Shown here piece after piece: positions 1 through 7,697 of a stretch of 64,000 bases of DNA; within the stretch, counting starts at the first letter, position 1; each line of letters starts with the position of its first letter. The DNA comes from an uncultured Hyphomicrobium sp. (GTDB taxonomy: Bacteria; Pseudomonadota; Alphaproteobacteria; Rhizobiales; Hyphomicrobiaceae): the NCBI GenBank assembly GCA_964405975.1, contig CAYOPW010000003.1:1354-65353 (forward strand), given 5' to 3'. The notes beneath the pieces are model-generated. The model saw only the letters and a list, made by a program, of their open reading frames with translations, was not told the origin of the DNA and searched no databases. Made by a program: the position numbers and the translations under genes.

Positions 1-827
1 GATTGCCGCGGACCATCAAGCGACAGCGCCCCTAGCTTGCCGCCGAATCGCTTGTCCACTTCCGCCAGAAAGGCCGCATCATCGAGAGCGAGGATACGCC
101 TTGCTTTATCGGCGTCCTCCGTCCAGGTGATACACGAACGGTTGCCTTTGAGCGGCAATATCGCGAATGGCCCCGAGGGCAGAAAATGCTGAACGGCGCG
201 GCCGCCATGCGGGCGATCATGGTGGACGGCTACGACAATGCCGATCTGCGGATATTTCCAGCCGACAACTTTGATGCCAGCGGCCTCGCGCAATCGCGAG
301 CGACGGCCTTCTGCAGCCACGAGCAGCGAGGCGGCAAGCGCGCTGCCGTCAGCAAGCGCAACTTCTATGCCCGACTCATTGCCTGCAAAGTCTACGGCCT
401 CGGCGGGCGCGATGAGTTTCAGCGACGAATTACTATCAACGCGTTGGCGCAGAGCAGCTTGAAGCGTGCTGTTGGGTGCAATGTACGTCGCCGGCTCGCC
501 GTCACCTGTGACATTGTCGTAGGTCAGCAGCACCGGCCGCACGCCGGTTTCCAGCGGGGAGTCTGTGATCTCGATCGCGGTAACGGGCTGGGCCTCATCG
601 GCAACCTGCGGCCACACGTCCAACACGTCGAGCATACGTTTTGATGCAGCGGAAATTGCAGAGGCGCGGCTATCCACCTTTGGCGGTGCAGCCGACTGTC
701 CAACGCGATCAATGAGCGCGATTTTGAAATCGGGGCCCAGCGCCCGGCTCAAGCCGCACGCTAGTGCTAAGCCGCCAAAGCTTGCACCCGAGATGACAAC
801 GTCGAAGCGAGGCGTTTTAGATGGCAC
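1..827 (-). CDS. FAD-dependent ubiquinone-biosynthesis hydroxylase, UbiH/UbiF/VisC/COQ6 family (N-terminal part; 3' end runs off the window)
   Basis: Absent from the ORF track because there is no stop inside the window. Manual minus-strand translation from GTG at 827 gives VPSKTPRFDVVISGASFGGLALACGL...LVAAEGRRSRLREAAGI...HFLPSGPFAILPLKGNRSCITWTE, typical of the UbiH-family core. Confidence 0.7.
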   Translation of the reverse strand, partial: MPSKTPRFDVVISGASFGGLALACGLSRALGPDFKIALIDRVGQSAAPPKVDSRASAISAASKRMLDVLDVWPQVADEAQPVTAIEITDSPLETGVRPVLLTYDNVTGDGEPATYIAPNSTLQAALRQRVDSNSSLKLIAPAEAVDFAGNESGIEVALADGSALAASLLVAAEGRRSRLREAAGIKVVGWKYPQIGIVVAVHHDRPHGGRAVQHFLPSGPFAILPLKGNRSCITWTEDADKARRILALDDAAFLAEVDKRFGGKLGALSLDGPRQ

Positions 828-952
828 GTATCTCTAGCCCTTAACCCAATCGTCTCTGTGTGCGTTAAGCACGCTTGACACTCACACGCCGAGTACGGCC
901 AGTACGCACTCCTGCTGCGAGCTTAGCCCAGAACCAATCCTATGAGGCCATA

Positions 953-1852
953 ATGCCCGCCGACGACGCCCCACCTAATACGGCTCTAAACGCCCTGCTC
1001 GCAACCCTTGACCTTGAGCAGCTGGAGGACAACCTCTTCCGCGGAGCGCGCGGAAACGAAGGCTGGCAGCGTGTTTACGGAGGCCAGGTGCTGGGCCAGG
1101 CCCTGGTCGCGGTGGCGCGTACCGTCGATCCGGGCCGAAGCATCCATTCGCTGCACGGATACTTTCTGCTCGCCGGTGATCCTGCTTACCCAATCATCTA
1201 CGACGTGGAACGTATTCGCGACGGCGGCAGCTTCACCACGAGGCGCGTCAAGGCGATCCAGCACAATCGTGCAATCTTTGTTATGAGCGCCTCGTTTCAC
1301 AAGCAGGAAACGGCCTTTGACCATCAAGTCGCGATGCCCAATGTGCCGATGCCCGAAGCATTGCCCAATCCAAAAGAGCTCTTGAACAAGTATCTCGACG
1401 CTCTTCCAGCAAGCATGCGCGCCTATTGGGAGCGCGAGCGTCCCATCGATATGCGTGTTGTCGACGTAGCTCGCTACATGAATCGCGAGAAGAAGGAGCC
1501 GGTGCAGCACATTTGGTTGCGCGCCAATGGCGTGCTGCCCGACGACCCCGTGCTGCATCAAGCCGTACTCGCCTATGCCTCAGATTTCACCCTGCTCGAC
1601 ACCGCACTCATCGCACATGGCAAGCTCTTGTTCGACACGGACATTCAGTTGGCGAGTCTTGACCACGCGTTGTGGTTCCATCGTTCCTTCCGCGCAGACG
1701 AATGGATGCTCTATGCGCAAGACAGTCCCAGCGCATATGGCGCGCGCGGATTTTGCCGCGGCAACGTCTATCGCCGCGACGGTGTACTGGTGGCATCTGT
1801 TGCGCAAGAAGGCCTGATGCGCATTCGCAATACGAAGTCCTTACCCACCTAA
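953..1852 (+). CDS. tesB: acyl-CoA thioesterase II
   Basis: ORF 875..1852 carries LEQLEDNLFRG...GGQVLGQAL...DGGSFTTRRVKAIQ, the double hot-dog TesB signature. Start trimmed to ATG 953, preceded by GAGG. Confidence 0.85.
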   Translation: MPADDAPPNTALNALLATLDLEQLEDNLFRGARGNEGWQRVYGGQVLGQALVAVARTVDPGRSIHSLHGYFLLAGDPAYPIIYDVERIRDGGSFTTRRVKAIQHNRAIFVMSASFHKQETAFDHQVAMPNVPMPEALPNPKELLNKYLDALPASMRAYWERERPIDMRVVDVARYMNREKKEPVQHIWLRANGVLPDDPVLHQAVLAYASDFTLLDTALIAHGKLLFDTDIQLASLDHALWFHRSFRADEWMLYAQDSPSAYGARGFCRGNVYRRDGVLVASVAQEGLMRIRNTKSLPT

Positions 1853-1911
1853 GCCCATTTGCTACCCAAGCACGCAATAGCGGCGAACTGCATGACGACG
1901 AAGCGGCGCGC

Positions 1912-2205
1912 GTTTCGCTGCTGGACAAGATCGAAGTTGGCGACGTCGTGGGCGCCATACCGGTCCATTTAACAGCAGGGATATGGGGGACGCTGGCGGT
2001 GCCTCTGACTAACTCCGACGCCACGTTCTTTGCCCAAATCATAGGGATTGGCGCCATCGGCGGCTTTGTTTGTGCAAGCAGCCTTGTCGTGTGGCTGCTC
2101 CTCAAGTTCACGATCGGCTTGCGGCCGACCCTGGAGGAGGTAATCCAACCCGAGATCGGTCTTGAGGCCTACCCAGAATTTGGGGCATGCAGCCAGCGGA
2201 TCTAG
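1912..2205 (+). pseudogene. C-terminal remnant (about 98 codons) of an ammonium transporter (Amt family)
   Basis: The tail of ORF 1672..2205 reads LLDKIEVGDVVGAIPVHLTAGIWGTLAVPL...QIIGIGAIGGFVCASSLVVWLLLKFTIGLRP...GLEAYPEF. This matches the last 2-3 helices and the AYPEF tail of Amt proteins. The roughly 300 N-terminal residues are missing, there is no in-frame ATG or SD after the tesB stop, and the upstream part of the ORF is only an alternate frame of tesB. Confidence 0.6.
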
Positions 2206-2322
2206 TCTCAACTCCCAGGCAGGCGTCCGCCAGCTGCCGCCTGCTTCCCCGCCCGGAGCTTCAGGGCTCCTGGCACCTTTTCTTCCCGCGTCAGAGCGTA
2301 CTCATCCTGGCCACGACGTGGC

Positions 2323-2339
2323 CGCACAAGAATTGTGCA
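2323..2339. promoter_or_regulatory. candidate NtrC-type enhancer site (CGCAC-N7-GTGCA)
   Basis: cGCACaagaattGTGCa has the GCAC-N7-GTGC dyad spacing of the NtrC consensus TGCACC-N5-GGTGCA. A 13-nt copy of CAAGAATTGTGCA recurs at 2408-2420, 81 bp downstream. Confidence 0.4.
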
Positions 2340-2454
2340 TCTTTGGCTTGTTGCTGGTTTTTTGTGCACCGCACGTAGGCCTGGCGATGTTTTGAGCGCC
2401 TCGCGATCAAGAATTGTGCAGCCTTTTCAAACCATTGGCCCTCTCGATCAAAGC

Positions 2455-2470
2455 TGGCACGCCTTTTGAC
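2455..2470 (+). promoter_or_regulatory. candidate sigma-54 (-24/-12) promoter for glnK-amtB
   Basis: TGGCACgccttTTGAc compared with the consensus TGGCAC-N5-TTGC. Spacing is correct with one mismatch (TTGA for TTGC). It lies about 110 nt upstream of the glnK ATG and downstream of the NtrC-like sites. Confidence 0.45.
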
Positions 2471-2556
2471 TCTCCTTGGGCGGTCATCATGGCCCTCATG
2501 GGCTCTGAGCCAAATAACCGTGCACTGTCCGCGGTCCGAGGGATCGCGGGCGCTAA

Positions 2557-2916
<360 letters not shown>

Positions 2917-2978
2917 ATGGGCTTGGCCTCTGGCCAAGTCACGTCCAATTCGACATTACGGAACGGGAGTTCTCAAAC

Positions 2979-4301
2979 ATGAAATTCAACCATTTAAAGC
3001 GTCTTGCGGCCTTGGCCAGCGCTGCGACGGCCGTATCTCTTTTAACTGCGCTACCCGCGTTTGCTCAGGAAGCGGCGGCCGAAGCACCGAAACTCGACAC
3101 CGGAGACACGGCGTGGATGCTCACATCCACCGCGCTCGTGCTGATGATGACCGTCCCGGGTCTTGCCTGCTTCTATGCCGGCATGGTGCGCAAGAAGAAT
3201 GTGCTGTCGGTGATGATGAAAATCTTCGCCACCTGCTGCCTCATGACCATCATGTGGATGGTTGTCGGTTATTCGTTGGCCTTCACTGAGGGCGGCGACT
3301 GGAACGCTTACCTCGGTGGTTTCAGCAAGGTGTTTCTCGCCGGCATGGGCAAAGAAAGCATGTCGGGAACCATCCCTGAATCGGTCTTTATGACCTTTCA
3401 GATGACGTTCGCCATCATCACACCAGCACTCATCGTCGGCGCCATCGTTGATCGCATGAAGTTCTCCACTCTATTGGTCTTCATGGCCATCTGGGTGGTG
3501 GTGGTCTACGCCCCTATTACTCACTGGGTATGGGGCGGTGGCTTCCTAGGCGATGACGGCGTGCTCGATTTTGCAGGCGGCACCGTGGTCCACATCAATG
3601 CCGGTATCGCCGGTCTCGTGGCAGCCATCGTGCTCGGCAGGCGCAAGGGATACGGCCAGGAAAACATGGCCCCCTACAATTTGACGCTTACGGTCATTGG
3701 TGCGTCGCTGCTGTGGGTCGGCTGGTTCGGGTTCAACGCCGGTTCAGCGGTTGCTGCAAACGGCTCCGCGGGCATGGCCATGGCCGTCACACAGATTGCG
3801 ACGGCGGCTGCGGCGCTTGCGTGGATGTTCTCTGAGTGGCTGGTGCACGGTAAGCCGAGCGTACTCGGCATCGCGTCCGGCGCCGTCGCCGGACTTGTTG
3901 CCATCACGCCAGCATCGGGCTTCGTCGATCCCAAGGGCGCACTTATCATTGGTTTGGCAGCCGGCGTCGGTTGCTACATCTTCTCGACGGGCGTCAAAAG
4001 GGCGCTGGGCTACGACGACAGCCTTGACGTCTTCGGTGTGCACGCCGTTGGCGGCATTATTGGCGCCATCCTGACCGGCGTCTTCGCCGTAGAAGCGATC
4101 GGTGGCACGGCGGGTCTGCTTGAGGGCAACTTTGCCCAGGTGCCGATCCAGGTCTGGGGCGTCATTGCGACGATCGTCTGGAGCGGTGTGGCAACCTTCG
4201 TGATCCTTATAGTGCTGAAGGTCATCATGGGCATTCGGGTCAGCGAGCCTCAGGAGGTGGAAGGCCTCGATCTGGCTCTGCACGACGAGTCGTTGCACTA
4301 A
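2979..4301 (+). CDS. amtB: ammonium transporter with N-terminal signal peptide
   Basis: 440 aa. It has the signal-like N-terminus ...ALPAFAQE, Amt motifs (DFAGGTVVHINAGIAGL, WFGFNAGS, DDSLDVFGVHAVGGIIG), and glnK-amtB operon context. Confidence 0.93.
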   Translation: MKFNHLKRLAALASAATAVSLLTALPAFAQEAAAEAPKLDTGDTAWMLTSTALVLMMTVPGLACFYAGMVRKKNVLSVMMKIFATCCLMTIMWMVVGYSLAFTEGGDWNAYLGGFSKVFLAGMGKESMSGTIPESVFMTFQMTFAIITPALIVGAIVDRMKFSTLLVFMAIWVVVVYAPITHWVWGGGFLGDDGVLDFAGGTVVHINAGIAGLVAAIVLGRRKGYGQENMAPYNLTLTVIGASLLWVGWFGFNAGSAVAANGSAGMAMAVTQIATAAAALAWMFSEWLVHGKPSVLGIASGAVAGLVAITPASGFVDPKGALIIGLAAGVGCYIFSTGVKRALGYDDSLDVFGVHAVGGIIGAILTGVFAVEAIGGTAGLLEGNFAQVPIQVWGVIATIVWSGVATFVILIVLKVIMGIRVSEPQEVEGLDLALHDESLH

Positions 4302-4477
4302 GTTCAAGAGCGCTGCGGGCCATCGTCTCCGTGCGGTCCGCAGCGTTACTCCCGCTAATCACCGCGCGTGCGCCTCCCCTAGGCATGCTCAACTCGGCCC
4401 GGATGCGTTCTGCAAACCGGGCCGTTTTTTGTGACCAGTTTCACGTTGATCATTTGGCTCCACCCGGGAATCGGCGG

Positions 4478-5014
4478 TTATCGGGTGACTCGAAGCACGT
4501 TGCGCGGCGAAATATGCTCAAGCAGACGAAGCAAATGAGGCAGGCGCAGTGCCACACAGCCGGCGGTTGGCGTCATACGCGGCCGGGCAACGTGCATGAA
4601 AACAGCGCTGCCTCGTCCGCGAACGCGAGGGCATTCGTTGTGGCTCGTCACCACAATCACATCGTAGAGATGATCATCGCGCCACAGGCGCTCGGCACTA
4701 GCTGGATAGGGATGGCGGACAGGCCGGTTATAGTTTGGGTCTGGCGGATGGTCGCACCATCCATCGGCCATGCGTAACGGCCTCAGGGGCAGGCGGCACC
4801 GCGGCCGCACCAAGCGATCAGCGCGATAGAATACCTCGCGCAGCACGAAGGCTCCGATCGGCGTTGCGCCATCCCCTTCACGCTTGTTAGCACTGCGGCC
4901 TGAATGGCCGAGCACGCAGGGAAAGCACAGGTCTCCACATGCGATTGTCCCGGTCGTCGCCCGGGCCGAACGGCCCCGCACAATGAGTTGTAGACGATTA
5001 GCGCGCGTCTTCAT
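4478..5014 (-). CDS. L,D-transpeptidase family protein (YkuD-like catalytic domain)
   Basis: GSAVFMHVARPRMTPTAGCVAL matches the His...(S/T)xGC catalytic motif of L,D-transpeptidases. Confidence 0.7.
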   Translation of the reverse strand: MKTRANRLQLIVRGRSARATTGTIACGDLCFPCVLGHSGRSANKREGDGATPIGAFVLREVFYRADRLVRPRCRLPLRPLRMADGWCDHPPDPNYNRPVRHPYPASAERLWRDDHLYDVIVVTSHNECPRVRGRGSAVFMHVARPRMTPTAGCVALRLPHLLRLLEHISPRNVLRVTR

Positions 5015-5122
5015 TGGAGGTTCCCGGCACCCGTGCTATTCGCTTGCTCTTAATCGAACATCAAGAACTGGCCTTGCAGGAGGCAAGCTTCTGAGGCCAA
5101 AATTACTCTGGAGCGATTTAGC

Positions 5123-5809
5123 ATGAGCACAGCGCGCAAGGTTCTCATCGTTGATGACGACGAGGATCTCCGTGATTCCCTGATGGACCAGCTCATCCTT
5201 CACGATGAGTTCGATGTGGCAACGGCCAGCACGGCATCCAATGGCATGGAGCTGGCAAAATCCGACCACTTCGACCTCGTCGTGTTCGATGTCTCTCTAC
5301 CCGACATGGATGGCCGCGAAGCAGTTCGGCTACTGCGCAAATCCGGCTTCAAGACGCCGATCGTCATGCTGACCGGCAATGTTTCAGACGCAGACCAAAT
5401 CCTCGGGCTCGATGCCGGCGCAAATGATTACATTACAAAACCATTCAAATTCGCTGTGCTGCTCGCCCGCATTCGTGCGCAACTGCGCCAGCATGAGCAG
5501 AGCGAGGACGCGGTTTTTGCCATTGGTCCATATACGTTCAAGCCTGCCTCCAAGCTTTTGATCGACGAGAAGGGCGCAAAGATCCGCCTTACTGAAAAGG
5601 AAACTTCGATCCTCAAATATCTTTACCGTTCAGGCGATAAAGTCGTATCGCGCGAGCTGCTGTTGCACGAGGTGTGGGGTTACAACGCCGGCGTCACCAC
5701 TCATACGCTGGAGACCCACATCTACCGGCTCCGCCAGAAGATCGAAAAAGACCCCTCCAATGCCGAGCTCCTTGTGACGGAAACCGGCGGGTACAAGCTT
5801 GTGCCCTGA
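5123..5809 (+). CDS. OmpR/PhoB-family response regulator (CenR-like)
   Basis: Receiver domain (VLIVDDDEDL...DLVVFDVSLPDMDG...KPF) plus a winged-helix output (LTEKETSILKYL...THTLETHIYRLRQKIE). From memory it closely resembles alphaproteobacterial CenR orthologs. This was not verified. Confidence 0.85.
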   Translation: MSTARKVLIVDDDEDLRDSLMDQLILHDEFDVATASTASNGMELAKSDHFDLVVFDVSLPDMDGREAVRLLRKSGFKTPIVMLTGNVSDADQILGLDAGANDYITKPFKFAVLLARIRAQLRQHEQSEDAVFAIGPYTFKPASKLLIDEKGAKIRLTEKETSILKYLYRSGDKVVSRELLLHEVWGYNAGVTTHTLETHIYRLRQKIEKDPSNAELLVTETGGYKLVP

Positions 5810-5960
5810 CGAAATTGCAATCCCCGTGTGAAACGATGGCGAGCCTCTGGACCATTCGTCGCGAATCACCCGATTCTGCGAGCAAGTTGTGTCGGCTCCT
5901 TTGCGGAGCTCACATGATGCCACCGGCCGAGCCGGCGACCCCCAAACTCGCAATGGGAGA

Positions 5961-6497
5961 ATGCAAATTTCAGTCGATAACATTCTCAGACAACTCTCAC
6001 GAGTTGGCCTGCTTCAAGGACTGACACCGCTGCAAATTTCCGAGATCGCGCGGCGTGCCGAGCGCGTCATCTACAATCCAGGTGCGATAATTATCGAGGA
6101 GAACGCTGAAGGCAATGCCGCTGTTCTCATCGTTTCCGGCCAAACAGTACGCGTTAGCGGTCCAGAATCTTCCTCGCGCCCCACCCCGGTTGCAGAAGGC
6201 TCTCTGCTCGGCGAGTTCGCGATGCTGGTCGAGACAACTCATAGCTCGACCGTCGTTGCTCGGGGACACGTACGCGCCTTGCGTATTACGCGCGATGAAT
6301 TGCACGCACAGATTGTTGAAGACCGCGATCTCGCGGATCGCTTGATTAAAAAAATTGTCGGGCGATTGTCGGAGATGGCTGTGGAGCTGCGCCAGATCGA
6401 CGCAACACTTTCACGCTCCGCCGAGGCAACAAAAAATTCGTTCGTCAGCAGAAAGACACAGCTCGAATTACCGACGAGTTCTGCGGCCGCACATTGA
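5961..6497 (+). CDS. cyclic-nucleotide-binding-like domain protein (no DNA-binding output)
   Basis: LLQGLTPLQISEIARRAERVIYNPGAIIIEENAEGNAAVLIVSG...GEFAMLVETTHSSTVVA fits a CAP/cNMP-binding fold. Start trimmed to ATG 5961, preceded by GGGAGA. Confidence 0.7.
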   Translation: MQISVDNILRQLSRVGLLQGLTPLQISEIARRAERVIYNPGAIIIEENAEGNAAVLIVSGQTVRVSGPESSSRPTPVAEGSLLGEFAMLVETTHSSTVVARGHVRALRITRDELHAQIVEDRDLADRLIKKIVGRLSEMAVELRQIDATLSRSAEATKNSFVSRKTQLELPTSSAAAH

Positions 6498-6513
6498 GCG
6501 CTATGCGGACAAG

Positions 6514-6553
6514 GCGAAGAAAAACGCCCAACCCCGGGGGGAGGGGTTGGGCG
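6514..6553 (-). terminator. intrinsic terminator read on the minus strand
   Basis: An 11-bp perfect stem pairs CGCCCAACCCC (6525-6535) with GGGGTTGGGCG (6543-6553). On the minus strand it is followed by TTTTTCTT. On the plus strand there is an A-tract before it and no U-tract after it. Confidence 0.7.
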
Positions 6554-6655
6554 CGAGAGCGCTTTCGCGCGTGGTGCCGGGAGGGAAGCCGACACCCCAG
6601 GTGATGTCGTTCGGCTAGACGGGGGGCACTACCGATACAGGGTGACACCACCTGA
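6514..6655 (-). ncRNA. candidate small RNA or structured lolA 3' UTR
   Basis: The minus-strand RNA folds into GGUGUCGG-CUUCCCUC-CCGGCACC (arms 6589-6596 and 6573-6580; the G-U pair exists only on the minus strand). A GCGC-GAAA-GCGC hairpin and the terminator above follow. A weak TTGAAG-N16-TAACTC lies at 6690-6663. Confidence 0.3.
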
Positions 6656-6791
6656 CTTTCCTGAGTTAAGCGCAAGATGGCGAACTTCAATAGAGCCCAC
6701 ACGGGGTTTTCACAAAAAGTTTATCGCCGCCCCCGGTTTTTCCCCAGGTCGGGCGTTGCCAAGCATCCGAACAGCCACACTTTTCGGCCCA

Positions 6792-7535
6792 TCAGGGCGT
6801 GCCAAAAGGCTTTCCGAGGGTCCTAATCCTAAACAGATCCCGGTGCAGCTCGACGCTCTTGACCAAATCTGACACCTCGACGCGTGTATCGAGGCCTTGT
6901 GCATCCTTAGTGACCCACTCTTTGAGCTCTAATTGTGGCTTCGTGGTGAGAAACAACCTGATCTGCCCAGGCGCCTCAGGATCTTTGTCCTGCAGCCCAA
7001 CGACGATCATGTCCTCAGATTCCCGGACCTCGATGATGCGAGCATCGCGCACCAAGTTCACATCGCTACGCAGGACCAGCCTGAACGGCGTTTGATTTAG
7101 CGCCACGCGATCTTCATTGTTGAGGTCAAGGTCTTGGATTGCCAAGTAGCGGCCATCCGAAATGACGATCTGCCGGGAGGGCCTCGCATAATCAAAGCGA
7201 AAACGTCCGGGCCGCTGCACGTAGAATTTGCCTCTCATCCGTTTGTTATCGGCGCTTGTCTGAACAAACCTGCCCTTAAGCGTCTGCAGCTCACGAAAGT
7301 AATCGCTGACCTGATCGACCAGCTCAAGCTGCCGTTCGTTGAGATCGATGCCTTCGTGACTCCTGGCCGGAGCTACCTCGGCGTTCCAGGCTGAGCCGGC
7401 GCCTGAGGGCTCCGGTGCCTGCGGTTGCTGTGCCGGAACTGGGGCTGGTACGACCAACTCCTCGCTCACGGCGATCGCGGGCATCCCGACCACGCTCAAG
7501 GTCGCGATCGCCGCAATCCATCTCAGCTTATGCAT
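6792..7535 (-). CDS. lolA: outer-membrane lipoprotein carrier protein LolA
   Basis: Signal peptide MHKLRWIAAIATLSVVGMPAIA plus LQTLKGRFVQTSADNKRMRGKFYVQRPGRFRFDY. Start trimmed to ATG 7535, preceded by GGGGG. The ftsK-lolA context is common. Confidence 0.85.
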   Translation of the reverse strand: MHKLRWIAAIATLSVVGMPAIAVSEELVVPAPVPAQQPQAPEPSGAGSAWNAEVAPARSHEGIDLNERQLELVDQVSDYFRELQTLKGRFVQTSADNKRMRGKFYVQRPGRFRFDYARPSRQIVISDGRYLAIQDLDLNNEDRVALNQTPFRLVLRSDVNLVRDARIIEVRESEDMIVVGLQDKDPEAPGQIRLFLTTKPQLELKEWVTKDAQGLDTRVEVSDLVKSVELHRDLFRIRTLGKPFGTP

Positions 7536-7697
7536 TGAGCCCCCAAACCTCTCGAATCGAATTCGCAATAGTAACCTCTGCGGCGATGGGAGAGATCCCA
7601 GCGGTCCCCTAATTCCCGAACATTACGTCCAGATCTTGGCGGATTTTAGCTACAATGACCCCCTCAAGGCGCGCTTATCAACCGTCCCCGCAGCATC

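Noticed and set aside
1672-2205. The track ORF of 177 aa taken at face value as an intact protein.
   Set aside because: Its first 60 codons or so are merely an alternate frame of the tesB 3' end. Only the last 98 codons or so look like anything, namely an Amt C-terminus, so I treat it as a pseudogene remnant.
4437-4452. parS-like AGTTTCACGTTGATCA between amtB and the L,D-transpeptidase gene.
   Set aside because: It matches at only 12 of 16 positions and the right arm is degenerate, so it is not palindromic. It is unlikely to be a functional ParB site, although ChIP-seq could revisit this.
6571-6632. Plus-strand GUGGUGCC...GGGAGGGAAGCC...GGCACUAC hairpin that superficially recalls the 4.5S/SRP RNA domain IV.
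   Set aside because: The conserved SRP core (GGAAGCAGC and the matching 3' AGGCAG side) is missing and the loop geometry does not fit. I keep the region only as an unclassified structured element.
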